Assembly (NCBI RefSeq): GCF_009914755.1 | Contig: NC_060928.1 | Origin: the human T2T-CHM13v2.0 reference genome, Homo sapiens | DNA: 64,000 nt | Direction: 5' to 3' (one strand) | Part shown: piece after piece, positions 19,101 through 35,284 of the stretch | Layout of the letters: each line of letters begins with the position of its first letter | Position numbering within the stretch: position 1 is the first letter of the stretch | Translations under genes and position numbers: made by a program | The notes under the pieces: model-generated | What the model saw: only the letters and a program-made list of their open reading frames with translations | Databases searched by the model: none | What the model was told of the DNA's origin: nothing

Positions 19101-22100
19101 ATATTTATTTTTGGAGTCAGAATGATAAAAACAGGCTGGATGGCTTCAGAAAATAGAAGAGAGGTTAGTTGGATTCTCAGTTAGACATAAATATTCTGCA
19201 AAGCACATTAGTTACCATCTCTTTGATATATCCTTTCTTCATGTTTCTACCCTAAAATGCTTCCATCATAATCTAACTTTTCTATATAAATTATTGTTTG
19301 GCAAATATTATAGCACTTATGTACTGCTATCTCTAATAATCTAATTGTTCTATTTCATATATCTTGTTTTCTTCATTATGCTATAAGAATACAGCATATA
19401 AATTTAAAGGCAAGAATAAGGTACTCCAAATTTTCTTTATTCCTTTAGAGGCTGCATTTGACACAATTGTCTTTTTATAATGTCAGCATTTTAGAGTTTA
19501 ATAACTGAATATATATGTATGATGTTTTACCATTAATATTGGATCATTCACAATGTATAGCTTCTTTAAATGTTAAATAGTAGAAATACTTAAACATTAA
19601 GTTTTGACATTGGCCCTTTTTTATACTTCATGCTTTCTAAGTGGTAAAAGAGTGTTTACTGCATATGAAAGAAATATCGTCAGAAAACTGGAATCTTACA
19701 TTATTTGTTTTCATTTTGTATTTTAAGCTTGTAATTTGTAAGCTATCAGTAGCATTAACAATTACTAAATATGAGTCCTGAGGATAATTTGGTGTGGACA
19801 TATGGATACATGCAAATGTAACTGTTTAAGACACCCAAAGAGACTCACAGTTGTTTTCCTACCCAGAAAATCTCCTTTATTGAAAATGTCATTGCAGTTA
19901 AACAAAGACCACTGTCCAAATCCTGGCAACCAATGGCATTGTTGCCAGTAAAACACCCTAATTAACTTTGGAGGCATTATTTGAATTATTAACCTTCATT
20001 TACTGTTTCTATTCTTTCTTCTAAAAGTGAAGGTGAACATAAATCACATTATTAACAAGTTTACTTTTAAAAATAGAAAGCAAAATTTTATAAGTATAAA
20101 TGACTAAATCATATTTGATTAAGCAAAACATATCAAAATTCCTTCTTTAAGACATAATAGGTTTGTGAATATATACAAACTAATCAAATTACCAAATTCA
20201 TGTAACAGACATTAGAGTTATGAGGAGAATCTAGCTTCCAAGAATGAAATATTTTATGAAGTCATTCATGATATTTCAACTTTTTGGCAACTTTTAACAA
20301 TATAGTCTAGCATTTTTATGTATTTTTAATTTTACATTTTTATTTCATAATGGGTCATACAAGGACTATGCTTAAAAATTAGTGACTATTTTATTGAGGT
20401 TAAAATTCTGCTGCATTGGGAAAATCTAGTTATTTCTAGATTATTTTAATGGCTTTAAGAACAGAAACTCTAGACCTCTCATTATTAAAGTTAGTGATTT
20501 TTTTTTCTAGTTCCTAATTTGCATGAAAGAAAAAAGTAAAATTAAATAGTACATTGAATAACTGATCAAGTATTATATAACATAAATTGTCATAACACCA
20601 CATATGAACCATTGGCTAGAATATATGTTACAATGTGATAGATTACTATTTGTTAGCTGATATATGAAAATCTGCACTCAACCTAAGCAATTCTTTTAAA
20701 GGCATAATACATTAAAGTGAAATCCTCAAAAGTAGAATTTAAAATGCCAATCAAATACTTACTAATATTAATGGGCCAAATTAATTCTACTCACCTTACC
20801 CCAAACTTTGAACTCTTTCAAGCAATTAAGTTGTTCTCATTGTTGGTAGATAACTTCCAAACTCAATTGCTACCCAATTTAACTAAATACTGGTTTTGTT
20901 TAACACTAGCTTCATATGTGTTGTCCAAATGTATGGCTTTGATAACCATAATCTTGTAGATTCATGTTGATACAGTATCCAATGGTTGTTTCAAACAGGC
21001 CTTTCCTCGAATTATATATATATATATATATAAAAGTAAAGGCAAGGTATTAGTAAAAATGTAGCCACTATCATGTGCTTCTTGATTTTGAATTCTCAGA
21101 TTTTGAATTGTTTTTGAATTCTCTTTTTTGAATTCATTAAACAGAGAATTATAGTGGTAGCCTCCAGGTTCTACATATGCCAGAAGGAACCTAAATATTT
21201 ACTAGTGAATCTGTATCTGCGAATGGATTGCTACATTTTATCATTTGAATTTACTTTCTTCCTTTTCCCCATGTTACTATATAATTATATTTCCCTGGTA
21301 TGAGTTTAGGATGAATTAAGACTCAAATACATTGGCAATATCAATTTCTATTCTTTCTCTTTCACATTAGATAACTTCTTTTAAAAGGATGCATTAATAA
21401 TTTTATATTTAAACTAAATTATAAAATAGTTATTTGAAAGTCACAATTAGGTTTAGAAAATAAATTGATCACATTTCTAGAGACCTGTGACATATTATGT
21501 GTGTAATAATTGTCCAATAAATGATAAATGATATCCAAATACAGTCGTCTGTGAACACATTCACCAGGATATATTTATTAGCTAACTATAAAAATACCTA
21601 TATTATTTTTAAGTCTTCTTCCATATTTAAGGAGAGGACATGGTCAATATAAAGCTCCTGAATTACTGACCAATAACTTTCTAATGGCATTTTTATGACT
21701 TTGATTTGAAAAGTTATTTATCTCTTTTGATAAATTTCTGCTATGAATTGTGCACACATATGTAAAACATTTAATATATGTGTGTACATATGTGTACACA
21801 TATGACTTTTATTAGGTATATAATCAGCAATGATTGTTTTAAAAAGTGAAAATGAGTTGAATAGGGCAGTTGCATCACTAGCAAATTTTTCCACTATTAT
21901 AGAAAACAATCAGAATTTTGTAAGTTTTTTGGGGGGATAAAACAAATATTTAGAAATCTTTATTATTTACCGATAGAGCAATAAAATTAAAATATGAAAT
22001 TGCTGTACATAGCAATATAAAATAAATATTCTCAATGTGACTGATATGAAACACTGTTGATTTTGGTTGTACTATTTTTATAACTAGACTGGAAACAATT

Positions 22101-23419
22101 ACTGTATGCCCAAGATTGATCTGGATGAATTAACCTTGACAGTAGATAGTAGCAGTGCCACAGGTCATACACTGCATACCTTTTGCAATGGAAAGGCTGC
22201 CTGAGGCATTTTATTAAAAATACTACAGTGCTACTTAGTACTTTGAAATGTTAATGGTTCCATAGATTTTCCACAATTGCTTACTTCCTCCTAATCAATG
22301 CTTTTAATATTACATGATTAGACGGTTTTCAACAGTGCATACTTCATGGCTACAGACTGCTATATTATGCACTAGAAGCATTAACATTTGAAAAATTCAT
22401 GTTGGCTCTATTTTAAGTTTACTGTGAGATATTACCTCAACTCAGTTTTATTCTCATTGTTTTGTGACCTAGTTAAAAATATAATGTCTTACCTTTTCCT
22501 CAATAAACCACCAGTTTGCTATGTCTTCATTAGCGCAAGTTCACATGTTCAACTCCTTAACAAAAGCTTCTTCCTATTATCCTTTAACTGGTATATTTTT
22601 GATAATATACAAAGTACCTTCTGTAAAATTCTATCCTGCAACCACACTTACAGCACATCCTCATCTCCGATTTTTAGTTTATGGCTTTGGTCATCTAAGT
22701 AAATGCTGTAAGTCTTTCCAAATATCTAAGGATTCCCCTCTTCTCTCACTCACCATGCAAAATATTGTAGCTGTTCTCCAAATCTTATACATAAATCATA
22801 TTAATCAGTAGATTAAATGAAAACTTTTCCTGGAAATTTACTACGTACCTAGTACAGTTTTAGCCATTAGGGGAGAAAATGAAGATCTTTAAAATAATTC
22901 CCAAATCTAAATTTATAATACTGACCTCACAAGGTTTAACCCAGAAATGTTATTTTCTTGATATTTCTAACGTCTTGTCCCATTATTGCTTTGAATTCGT
23001 CTTTCTCTGATGTTTCAAAATGTCAAATGTAATATGAATTCTTCTCTCCCCTTATTTCATCAGTGGTGGAAATTCTAGTCTACCTTAATAAAACTTTTTA
23101 AACCCGCCTTCCAATAGTAGATGTCCCCTAACAAGTTTCCTTGCCCTCATCCTTTTTCTGGAATAAGGCATTCTAAAAATCCACCTAGAACATACTTCTA
23201 ACAGTTGAGGATAGCCAGTACTGAACGCCTAGATCAGCTTTTGATCAAAAAGAATTTAATAACAGCTTCTGTGTGAAAAATTAGACTGTAATTTCTATTG
23301 CTGCCATGGTATCAATTTGTCCCACTTCATCAATGGCATCAATGGCATTACTGTATGGGTTAACCTAAGAACTGCCTGCCTATACACATTTCCACTTGGA
23401 CTTAACTAGACTCTGCATT

Positions 23420-24640
23420 GACTTTTATGAGGTATTGCATATTGTTCTGCCTTTTTTTGTCTCTTCTCCATCTAGGACTCTAGTATGTATATGCTACATT
23501 ATTTTATATTATTGTGCATGTTACCGAGGCTTTGTTAATTGTTTTCACTCTTTTGTTTTCTCCACTTTAGTTTTGTTATATTCTCAAGTTCACTAATACT
23601 TTCTTCTGCAATCTTTGTTTAGGTTTATCTAGTGATGTTTTGTATTTTTATATACTATATTTTAATTCTAAAAGTTCCATTTATTTCCTTTTAAATGATC
23701 GTAGCCATGTCAATCTTCATCATCTTTATGTTTTGCTTTAAATCCTTGTATTAACATATATTATAACACACATTTTCAAGTCCTTATATACTATTTCCAG
23801 CATTTCTGCCATTTCTTGATATAATGCTATTAAATATATTTTTTCTGCTTATGTCTCACATTTGGCAGCTTCTTTCCATGTCTAAATTTTTATCATTTGT
23901 TAGATATTATGAATGTTCAGTGAGTTTTTACAATTTTCCCTTGTGTTCTTTTCAAGAATGTGGAAGTATGTTTTATCCAATAGATAAGATCCTTTCCACT
24001 GAGCATAATTATCTTGAGATTTGTTTATGAAGTTTGTTGGAGTGAGTCTAGTTTATTCAAGGAATAGTTGAATAGTGGTACTAAGAAACGACACTTCGGT
24101 ATCTCTTCTAAATGTTCTGTGTATGGAATGAAGTTTCTCCACTCTAGCTCATTATAACTCTTAACATTTCCCAGTGATACGTGAGTCTATGAAAGTGTTC
24201 AGTAGTAGCATTACTTTCCCTGGAAGTTGTTTTATGCAGGGCCTTTTGGAATTTTATCTGACATACGCATAGATTAGTATTCAGCCAAAAGACAATATCC
24301 TCCTTTTTTGTTTTCTGCCCTTCATATCCATCCATCTTGGCTTCTTCAAACACTAATCTCTGTTTCTTCCTAATTTGTTGAAACTGTAGGGCACTTTATA
24401 GATTTACTTCCTTTTCAGACCAGAAATGACCTCCAGGCAGATAAATGAGGCTGTCTTAATGATCATCTTGTTTATTTTTCTTCTCTCAGGGATTGTAATC
24501 CTATGCTGAGTAATTCATATTGCCTGAAAATAATTGTTTTATATATTTTGTCCAGTTTTTATTTGTTTATAGAAGGAGGACCTGAACTAGGACTATTTGT
24601 TGACAAATACTCCATTCTGAGTAGAAGAAGTTGCATCAAA
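23420..24640 (-). mobile_element. Ancient L1M fragment
   Basis: T-rich antisense L1M-like motifs ('ttttaattctaaaagttccatttatttcctttt'); boundaries approximate. Confidence 0.45.
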
Positions 24641-26423
24641 TCTTACTGCTCTAGTTGACAGTCTTAACCTCTTGGTTTAAGACATCTATGTTCACGTTAG
24701 TATTGGAATCAATAATTTGTCCACAAGTCTTCCAAGAAACTACCTTAGACCTTTTCCTCAAAATTTGCAGACCTAAATTCATATTGCATTATCCTGCTTA
24801 TTCATCTTTTGGGTAATCTTTTAAATGGACTTCAGGTACTCTGTTTCTAGCTCTTTCTCACATAACATGAAGAAATTTAAAAGCAAAACCTTTAATAATG
24901 GATATTATTTAGTTACTAGCATAGGAAGAAAGAGGAAACACAAGTGCAGGAAATAGTGTGGGATGAGAGGAAGCACAGAAAGAACAGGAAAATAAATAGA
25001 TTGCAATGCCTAAAAATAAGAGTTCAAATTGGCTGGAAATAGATAACCCCTGATGAAAGAATGTAACTATATTATGGATAAGTTGAACGCATCTTTTCAT
25101 TCAAATTCTTCAACACATATTTAGTAATCTACCAATATTTATTCTAAACACTGGAAATACTGTGATTAAAAAGTAAACATGATTGTCATCTTCTGAGATC
25201 ATATGGTTTAGAGAGACAATATATTTTGAAAAATATAGAAGTAATATATAGTTGTAAAGTTTGATATGCATGATGAAAGAAGAATATATCACACTAATGG
25301 AGAGTGCAGAGACAAATAATATAAATTGAGAGATTGGGAAGGTCTTTGATCATGTGACAGTAAAACTGAGATTTGGATAATGGGTCTCATTCTGTATTTC
25401 TCCTTCTACCATGTACCTCAACCTCAACAATTCACAAAATTCTGTTTATTGACCCTTCGGCATTTCTCTCAAATTTGCTCTTTTGTATCTGAGTTCATGC
25501 CACTTTTATTACTCTCTTTTTACTAGAACAGTCTCATATGTATTCCTTTCCTCCTGTAAGAGTTGAAATGTTCTGCAACAAGTGTTCACTTTCCAGACAA
25601 CAGGTAGGACTCTTTTACCCAAAATTCTTCATAGAGTTCCTATTACCTTCAAGAAGGACTCCAAAATGCTTAGCATAACTCATGATCAGTTCTATGATTG
25701 CTTTTATAACGTAATCTATCCTATAACTAATATTTGGCAAAATTGTTATTTTTTTATCCTCCATTCAAAACCTGAATGAAACAATCAGAGACTCACTCAA
25801 TGAGTTTTGGGAAAAAATACAATGGGCTAGATATACTTCATTCAGGGTGTATTTCTATGATGTTAGATTTATTTTTATGATGTCTTTTTCATTAGTAAGT
25901 GAGGCATAGAAAGCTGGCTTTTCAAAAATGCTCATTCATTCAAATCACAAAATGAATTATTTCTAAATAGAATTCCTAAACAGAAAGAATTATTTGGGAC
26001 CTGCCTGAGAAGTTCTGAATTGCAATTTCTGAAGTTGGGTTATGTGTCTTTATTTCAATAGCTCCAGAAGTAGTAATGAAACAGAGCCAGGGTTGCAAAT
26101 CACCGTGCTAGAAGGCAGGGAATTGTTTCCCTATGTTCCTACTGTCTAATATAGTGCCTAAACAGTAGGCAGCTGGGTAATTCTTATTGAATTTATACAT
26201 AAATACAATTTTTTTTACTTTTACATAAAAGCAACTTACATGGTTTATATTTGTTTAAATTATAGTTGCCTCTAGTTTTATTTTTTCTGAATCATTATCA
26301 TCAAAGTGGATCATATATGAAGTAAAACAATAAAAGTATCTATGAATTTGTTATGTTCATGTAGATGTTAATGAACTAATTTTTCCTATAACATACTTGA
26401 ATACAAAACATTCAATTACATAA

Positions 26424-26987
<564 letters not shown>

Positions 26988-28695
26988 TAATCCGCAATTA
27001 TTGATGTAGATATATTATTCTATCTGGTATTTGCTACCATTGTTATTATTATTTTGACAGAGTTATAAACCCTTCAACCAAGGATTTAGCCCAAAGAAAA
27101 CATAGTTTAAGAACTAGTCATCCAACATCAAAGTATGAGGCAAGCCGTGCTACGGCTGCTTTGATAATAATGCATTTTCAGAAATTCAAAACCTTCACGA
27201 ATAATATATTTTAGAGATAAGCAGGTATTATGCACCAGGTTCAGTTTGCCTTATTTTATGAAGCCATCCTTGTTTACTTTCAAATTTGAAAGTCCTGTCT
27301 TATTATTTTGCTTGATTTTCCTTAGTACAAGTAAATTTAATAACTCAAATGAAACTTTTTTGTCTGTTTTGTTGGTTATGTTATATCATTAACTTACAGG
27401 CTAAGTGATTTTCTTCTCATTCATTCATCTTTTCAATGACTACCTATTGAATACCTAGAATGTCAAAGATTGTTGGAGATTATTTGAAATGTTCATTATG
27501 TATAACCTGATCCTTATCCACTAGGAGAATGATACTACAGAGAATGATACGAAAAACATAGCTATAGAAAATGAATAGGCAATGAAATCATCGTACATAT
27601 ATTCTAGGCATTTTAAAACTACCAATTAGATTTTAAGCATTGGTAAATAATTTGGTCCCTCTGGCTCACTGCTTTCTCACCTAATTTATAAAAGTAAATT
27701 AATTTCAGTTTTCAGCAACCGTGCGGGCACAACTACAAGCCCTGGCCTTAGTTGGGTTCATAAATTACACTTCTATGTATAGATTACTTGATCACAATTT
27801 TCTCATCCATAAAATGAGAAGACTAGGTATCTTATTCTTACCCTACATGGCCACAATCTTAAGGCATGCTGAGACCGCAGTAGTATAATTTGTTGTGAAA
27901 CAGAAGACATAGTATAAACTTTACTTCAAGAACTGCATTTAAGACATCGCGACATGCTCAGCTTCTAAGCATACACAGATAAAATATAGAGATAGGCCCT
28001 ACATTTTATTCTGCAGCCATCACATAAAACCTTAGTTGAAAAGGTGGCAAATCCTGTAAATTGATTTTTTTCTGAATAATCTTGTCTGTTCTATTCATGA
28101 ATAAAGAAGACAAAAGATAGCTAAATGAGAATTACCAGTATATGGGGCCTTTTATGATAATTTAAAAATCAATTTTTATATGCTGCTTAATATCACATTT
28201 GGCTATCAACCATCATTTATAACATTGTATATTCAAGAATTTCTCAACCTTTAATTTACATTTAGGTCAATATTGAGTCCTGTTGTTTCCAACTTAAATA
28301 TTTTTCACTAGATACTTTCCTGAAAGTTTTCAACCCAGATAATTACAAGAACCATAGAGTGGTCACATGTATTCAGAAATTATCACTGGTTCATACTTGC
28401 TACAAGCTTATGGAGTGAAAAATAAAACACCACCCTTGAGGGTGGCCTCTGCAATCACTGGCAGAAGGTTTGCTCCTCTGGAGCCACCAAAGCCATTTGC
28501 CTCAATGTAAAGTATCCTTATCTTGTTAAAAACAATAGTTCTGTTAAGTGAGAAAAATAGAAGTTAATTCTTACATCTGAAAGTAATTCAGGAATGATTA
28601 AACAAAGGGGCCTGATTCCCCAAATTGTAAAAATGCCTAAAGAAATTGATATTTCAAACTATACATATATGCGAATTCAGTACTAATATGATATG

Positions 28696-28697
<2 letters not shown>

Positions 28698-28735
<38 letters not shown>

Positions 28736-28763
28736 CACACACACAGACACACAGAGACACACA
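28698..28763. repeat. (CA)n microsatellite, imperfect
   Basis: Direct reading. Confidence 0.97.
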
Positions 28764-28911
28764 TACCTATTGCCCCAAGTTGATTGTGGTGTTTGGAGCT
28801 TCTCCATCTGGATTCAGTCTGATATAACTCATCAGTCTTAGAAATATCAGTCTTCTTCTCCCCAGTTTCACACTCCCATATTTTTTAGGAAATGTCTGTA
28901 TCTGTGAAAAA

Positions 28912-30110
28912 TATAGTGGACACAGCCTAAACTGCTCTCCAAAGAATTGCACTTTTGTGTAATCCCTCTTAAGTGTGGATGGAATCTGATTTGATTATAG
29001 TCTGTAGAATATGAAAAGGGTAAAGGCATATAAAAACATAACTAAAATACAATGTCAGTTGATTTCAAGTAAGTTATCAAAAGGGAGAATATTCTGTGTG
29101 GGCTTCACTTCATCAGGTTTAAGCTCTTAAAAAGAGGGACTGGGTTAGCAGCAATCCCATTACTGGGTATATACTCAAAGGATTATAAATCATTCTTCTA
29201 TGAAGACACATGCATGCTATACAAATCATTCCATAAAGACACATGCACATATTGCAGCACTATTTACAATAGCAAAGACTTGGAAGCAACCCAAATGCCC
29301 ATCAATGATAGACTGGAAAAGAAAAGGTGGCACATAAACACCATGGAATACTATGCAGCCATAAAAAAGAATGAGTTCATGTCTTTTGCAGGGACATGGA
29401 TGACGCTGGAAACCATCATTGTCAGCAAACTAACACAGGAACAGAAAACCAAACACTGCATGTTCTCACTCATAAGTGGGAGCTGAGCAATGAGAACACA
29501 TGGACTCAGGGAGGTGAACATCACACACCGGTCCCTGTAGTGGGGTGGGGGGGCAAGGGGAGGGAAAGCACTAGGACAAATACCTAATGCATGTGGAGCT
29601 TAAAACAGACATGACGGGTTGATAGGTGCAGCAAACCACCATGGCACATGTATGCCTATGTAACAAACCTGCACGTTCACCACATGTATCCCAGAACTTA
29701 AAGTAAAATAAAAATAAAAAAAGAGGGACTGGGTTAGAAAGATTCCCCTTCTGGACTTGAAGAAGCAAACAGCCATAGCCATAGCTATGTATGGGACACA
29801 AGGTAGGACACTGGAAGCAGATTAGGACCTAGGGACACCTTCTGGCTGACAGCCAGAACAAAATCGGAAATCTCAATGAATTCCATCAACAGCCTGCAGG
29901 AGTTTGGAAATGGATCTTTAGCAGTCTAGACTCTCATGAGAGCACAATATCAGCTGACACCTGAGTTGCAGCCTGGGGAGACCCTGAAACAGAAAATTCA
30001 GGTAGACCATGTCCAACTCCCGATTCATAGAAACCGCGAGACTATAGAAGTATGCTGCTTAACGCCCTTTATTTGTGGTAATTTGTTGCATGGAAGTAGG
30101 AAATGAATAG
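28912..30110 (+). mobile_element. MaLR solo LTR (MLT1E-like), split by an L1 at 29149-29717
   Basis: MLT1E-type motifs on both sides of the L1 ('tcagttgatttcaag...atcaaaagggagaatatt', 'cagctgacacctgagttgcagcctggggagaccctg', 'tttgtggtaatttgtt'). Confidence 0.75.
29149..29717 (+). mobile_element. 5'-truncated LINE-1 3' end (L1PA8-like)
   Basis: ORF2 C-terminus + 3' UTR ('taatgcatgtggagcttaaaac...gggttgataggtgcagcaaaccacc'); exact 20-bp TSD aaaaagagggactgggttag at 29129-29148 and 29718-29737, TT/AAAA endonuclease site. Confidence 0.95.
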
Positions 30111-30665
30111 AGGTAACATTTTACATATAGGCGGGAGCAGCCTTGTTCATATTACTGTATAGACACTGAAGGGCAGTACCAGCAGACCACTTAGGGGAAG
30201 TCTCTTGCTACAGCATGGACATGGAGGCCCATATAACAAAGCTCCCCTGTAGGGTCCTGTGGTAGTTCCTCTTTCTTGTCTGGATATAGAAGTCTTTGCT
30301 TGTGAACTTCCTGAGGATATCTGTTTGTTTCTACTTGGAGGTGTGTGTGATAGTTGACCTTCTTTCCCAATCATATTTGTATTTTATGAGTGGCATTGCT
30401 TTTTTTCAGTCTCACACTCAACATGCCTCCTTTAACCTGTTTTTGTCATTTCTCTGTGAAGACTAAAATCCAGACTCTCAGATGGGATCAGAGACAGATG
30501 ACCTCCACTTCCTTAACATTCCCTTAGTGTTTTGCATGTTTATTTAGTTCTTCCTCAGACAGAAAAAAATAACAAACATAACAAAAATGAAATCTTGTCT
30601 TCAGTTAAATGTAAGTGCCATAGCTATGAAAAGAGACAAAATGGTGAAGGGGATAATAATGTCTT

Positions 30666-31765
<1,100 letters not shown>

Positions 31766-34017
31766 TAAGATGAATCATTATCAAAATAGGAAAGTTTAAT
31801 TTTCTGCTCTCATGTTCAATGAAAACATTAATATTTTTACCTTAATAATTATTATGGGTATACGAAAGAAATTATATCATTGTTAGGATCTATTAAATTT
31901 GCATTATAATATTGATTCCAAGAAGTGACATTTGACATTTTAGATGAATCGTTCTTGGAAAGGCCTGAAAATGGTCTATGCTTGAATTAAAAGTTCAATA
32001 CAAAAATATGATAGGCCGACTAATTCATTAATTTGATGTTTCAGTTGTGCTACCTTTGAATTAAATATAGATCTGTGCATATTTTACACATATGTCATGC
32101 TGATAACCTTGTTATATTTATGCAGTTAGAATTTGAGAAATCAAGAAATTACTCAAATTTGTTCTCATTATTTTCCCATGATGTCTATACTTGGATCAAT
32201 GCAATATTGTTTAAATATTAATAGATTCATTCAGTTTTACCCCAGGAGGTGAATAATATAATTACAGCTTTCCACAGGAAAGAAAACAAAGGCTTCTGGA
32301 AGTTCCGTGATGTTAGTATATTTACACAGCTAGCAAGTAATGAAGCCATGGCCTGTTTCCCTCACTGCACCTGAACTTAGGGGGTTTATCACTAGTTTTC
32401 ACATGTCTTGTAACCTATACAACAATTTTATTCAAATTCGTAATATATTTTCTGACATTTTTGTAACTGCCAGTCATCTATCTGTTTACCTGACTCTTAC
32501 ACGAGACTATTAATCATCGATTAGTAATCTATTTCCTATCTATATTAATACTGCTTAACATGCTGGTCTACTTTCATGTAACTGTGAATTTTAAATGAGT
32601 TTTTTTAATTTGTCTTGCTAAAATGTAGAAAAATCAAGTTCTCCTAATTATCTAGTCAATTTTGTTTTGGTTTTATTTTATGGGCAAAAACATATTTGAT
32701 GACTGGTGATGCATCTCATTATTATTCCAATTTTACATGTAATGGTTTTTCTCCCAATCTCTTAAGCAATGAAGAAAATAATGATACATCCTGAATGTAT
32801 TTATATCTTAAAAATTTCTGTTTTGTTTCATTTTGGTCCTTAAGGATTGACACTGTGTGTAGTAGATATTTACGTGACAGATTTGACAGGTTAGGAGAGA
32901 AAGTGTAGAGTAAAAACACATTTCATTGTGGTCAATATAAACTAAAAAAAATGAGTGCTTATTCTTTTAAAATTTCCAAAGAATTTACAATACCAGTGAA
33001 TTATAATATCTTAAATCAGATTAAATTTTAGGTTGTTTAAAATAAATAAATTAAATTCTCTAGGAAAGGTATAAACAATATAAGTTGACAGTATATTAAA
33101 AAGGGGAAAAGAACATAATTATAGTAAAATGATTCCTTCTTATAAATCTGTTATTTAATGTTTATTTTAATTTTAATTTTTTAATTTTTCATTGAGTTCT
33201 GATTTTAAATTCTGTGGTATCTCTGTCACCAGTTGATTCATTATAATAAGTATAGCAGAGGAAGCTATTTAGCTTGACAATTTTATCAGATAATTCTTTT
33301 CAGAATATAAGGCATTTACTGTAAATAAAATATTTGGGAGTTTTATGTAATATTTTGCAAGACAATTTAATCAGTGCCTCTGTGACATTTTTAAAACTCG
33401 GCAAAATTAGTAGAAAAACAAGTATAATTTAATTTACAACTTAATGCAGTTGAAATGTAATTTAATTTACAGTTGAATAAATAAGCTCTTTCTGTCATGT
33501 TTTCTCATTTTTTACATAGATATATTTTTAGGTTGAATATCTTGTTAATATTCAGGACCTTTTGACTTCTTCAACTTTATGCACTTCATGGACTCATTTT
33601 CCTTCTACTATGGTCATTTTCTCCACCACTATAAAATAAAGAGAATGAATTAATACTTTATGATTCTTCCAAACCCGGTGTTATTGTCAATTACTCCCAG
33701 AAGTGAGGAACTGAAATTGCTGATCTGCTAGGAACATGACACATGTGATACTCACATAAAGAACAGCCTGTATGACACACCCACCCTCCTCCTGTCCCAC
33801 GCCCCTGCACTCAGCACTAAAGTGGTGATCACAACTAAAGGGAAAATGTTCAGTCAAAACTAGTAGTTGATGGTAGTAGTTATTAGTCTACAGAAAAGAA
33901 AAAAAAACTAGCAGAAAGATCTCAAAGTGTGAGATTCAAATTCTTGTCCTAACGCTGGTTTTTATTTTATTGGAAAGCTCTTATTTACAAAACAAAATTT
34001 GATTGGATGAAAGAAAC

Positions 34018-34180
34018 CAGTGTTTTTCAAAATATATTGTGCACACAAATTACCTGGGATGTTATTAAAATGTAAATTCTGATTCCACAGGGTTGGAATG
34101 GAGTAAGCATCTGTATTTTCAATAAGTGCCCAGGTGCTGTTGATGTTGCTGATCCATGAATCATCATTTAGGTAGTAAGC
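34018..34180. mobile_element. hAT-Charlie MITE (MER5-like)
   Basis: 'cagtgtttttcaaa...aattacctggga...ttaaaatgtaaattctgattcc...ctgtattttcaataagtgcccaggtg'. Confidence 0.6.
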
Positions 34181-34628
34181 ATCTAAAATATTTCTCTGAG
34201 TTGTAAAATATTGCTTTATATTGCTATTTATTGACTTAAATTTAATCTATTGTGAGGCAGCATCAATGCATCCCACTTATAGGATTTTTGGTTTTGCAAA
34301 AGATAAGTATAAAGAATCGTGGATAAAGAGGGCAATTGTGTTTCTAATAAGGCTAGGGGACAAAATCATTTCTGGCTTTTGAAATATCAGTTCACATACA
34401 TATACACTGGAATTAGGTAATAGTAGTTGTATTTTATTCTATGAATTAGTATCATGTAGAAAAACAATATAAAATACATATATATGTGGGTATATAATCA
34501 GTTATATATTACAGTATAGTAACTTTACTATGAATATAATGTGCCAAAACAAATTTACCATCCAAGGATTCCCTCCTAAAGTTCAATGAATCCATGCAAC
34601 CAAACTTTCTACCTTGCCCCTCACCCAC

Positions 34629-35157
34629 TGTGTTTGTTTCCTATCACTGCTATAACAAATTATAACAAATTGAGTGGTTTAAAATACACACACATTGATT
34701 CTCTCATAGTACTGGAGATCAGGAATTTAAAATGGGTACACAGCACAACATTCCTTCTGGATATATCAGGGGAGATTTTAGAGGAGAATGTTTCTAAAGG
34801 AGAATTTATTTCCCTGCTGTTTACAACCTCTATAGCCTTTCTACATTCCTTGGCTTGTGGACTCTTCCTCCATCTTCAAAGCCACCAGTATGTTATGGGT
34901 ACATTTCTCTCTGACTTTCTTCCTTCTGCTTCTGTCATCACTTAACCTTCTATCTAACTCTAATCCTCCTGCCTCCCTTTTATAAAAACCCTGGTGATTA
35001 CATTGGACTCACCAGATAACCCAGGAAAATTTCCCCATCTAAAGATGCTTAACTTAATTACATTTGCTAAATCCATTTTACAATGCAGGGTTATCTGTTC
35101 CCAGGTTCTGAAGATTAGGACTGAACGTCTCCTGGAGCCATTATGCAGCCTACCACA
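34629..35157 (-). mobile_element. MaLR solo LTR (MLT1C/D-like)
   Basis: TG...CA termini; 'gctataacaaatta', 'gattacattggactcaccagataacccagg', 'cagcctaccaca'. Confidence 0.8.
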
Positions 35158-35284
35158 CTTGCTATATCTTCCAGAATTTTGGAGGAAGTAATTCATTCTG
35201 TCAGCTTCCGGCTGGAAAATGTTATCATGTGTCACCTCAATATGTGTCATCTCTGGTAATTATTGAAAAGGCTATTACATTTGG

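Noticed and set aside
21086-21135. Four ttttgaatt copies with short spacers
   Set aside because: Too short and irregular for a CRISPR-like or functional array; simple slippage in T-rich DNA.
21787-21804. 18-bp palindrome catatgtgtacacatatg
   Set aside because: Inside alternating purine-pyrimidine low-complexity sequence where such palindromes are expected.
10820-25779. Numerous 60-100 aa ORFs
   Set aside because: F/L/I/S-rich composition typical of random AT-rich DNA, mostly non-ATG starts, no domain or consistent exon chain.
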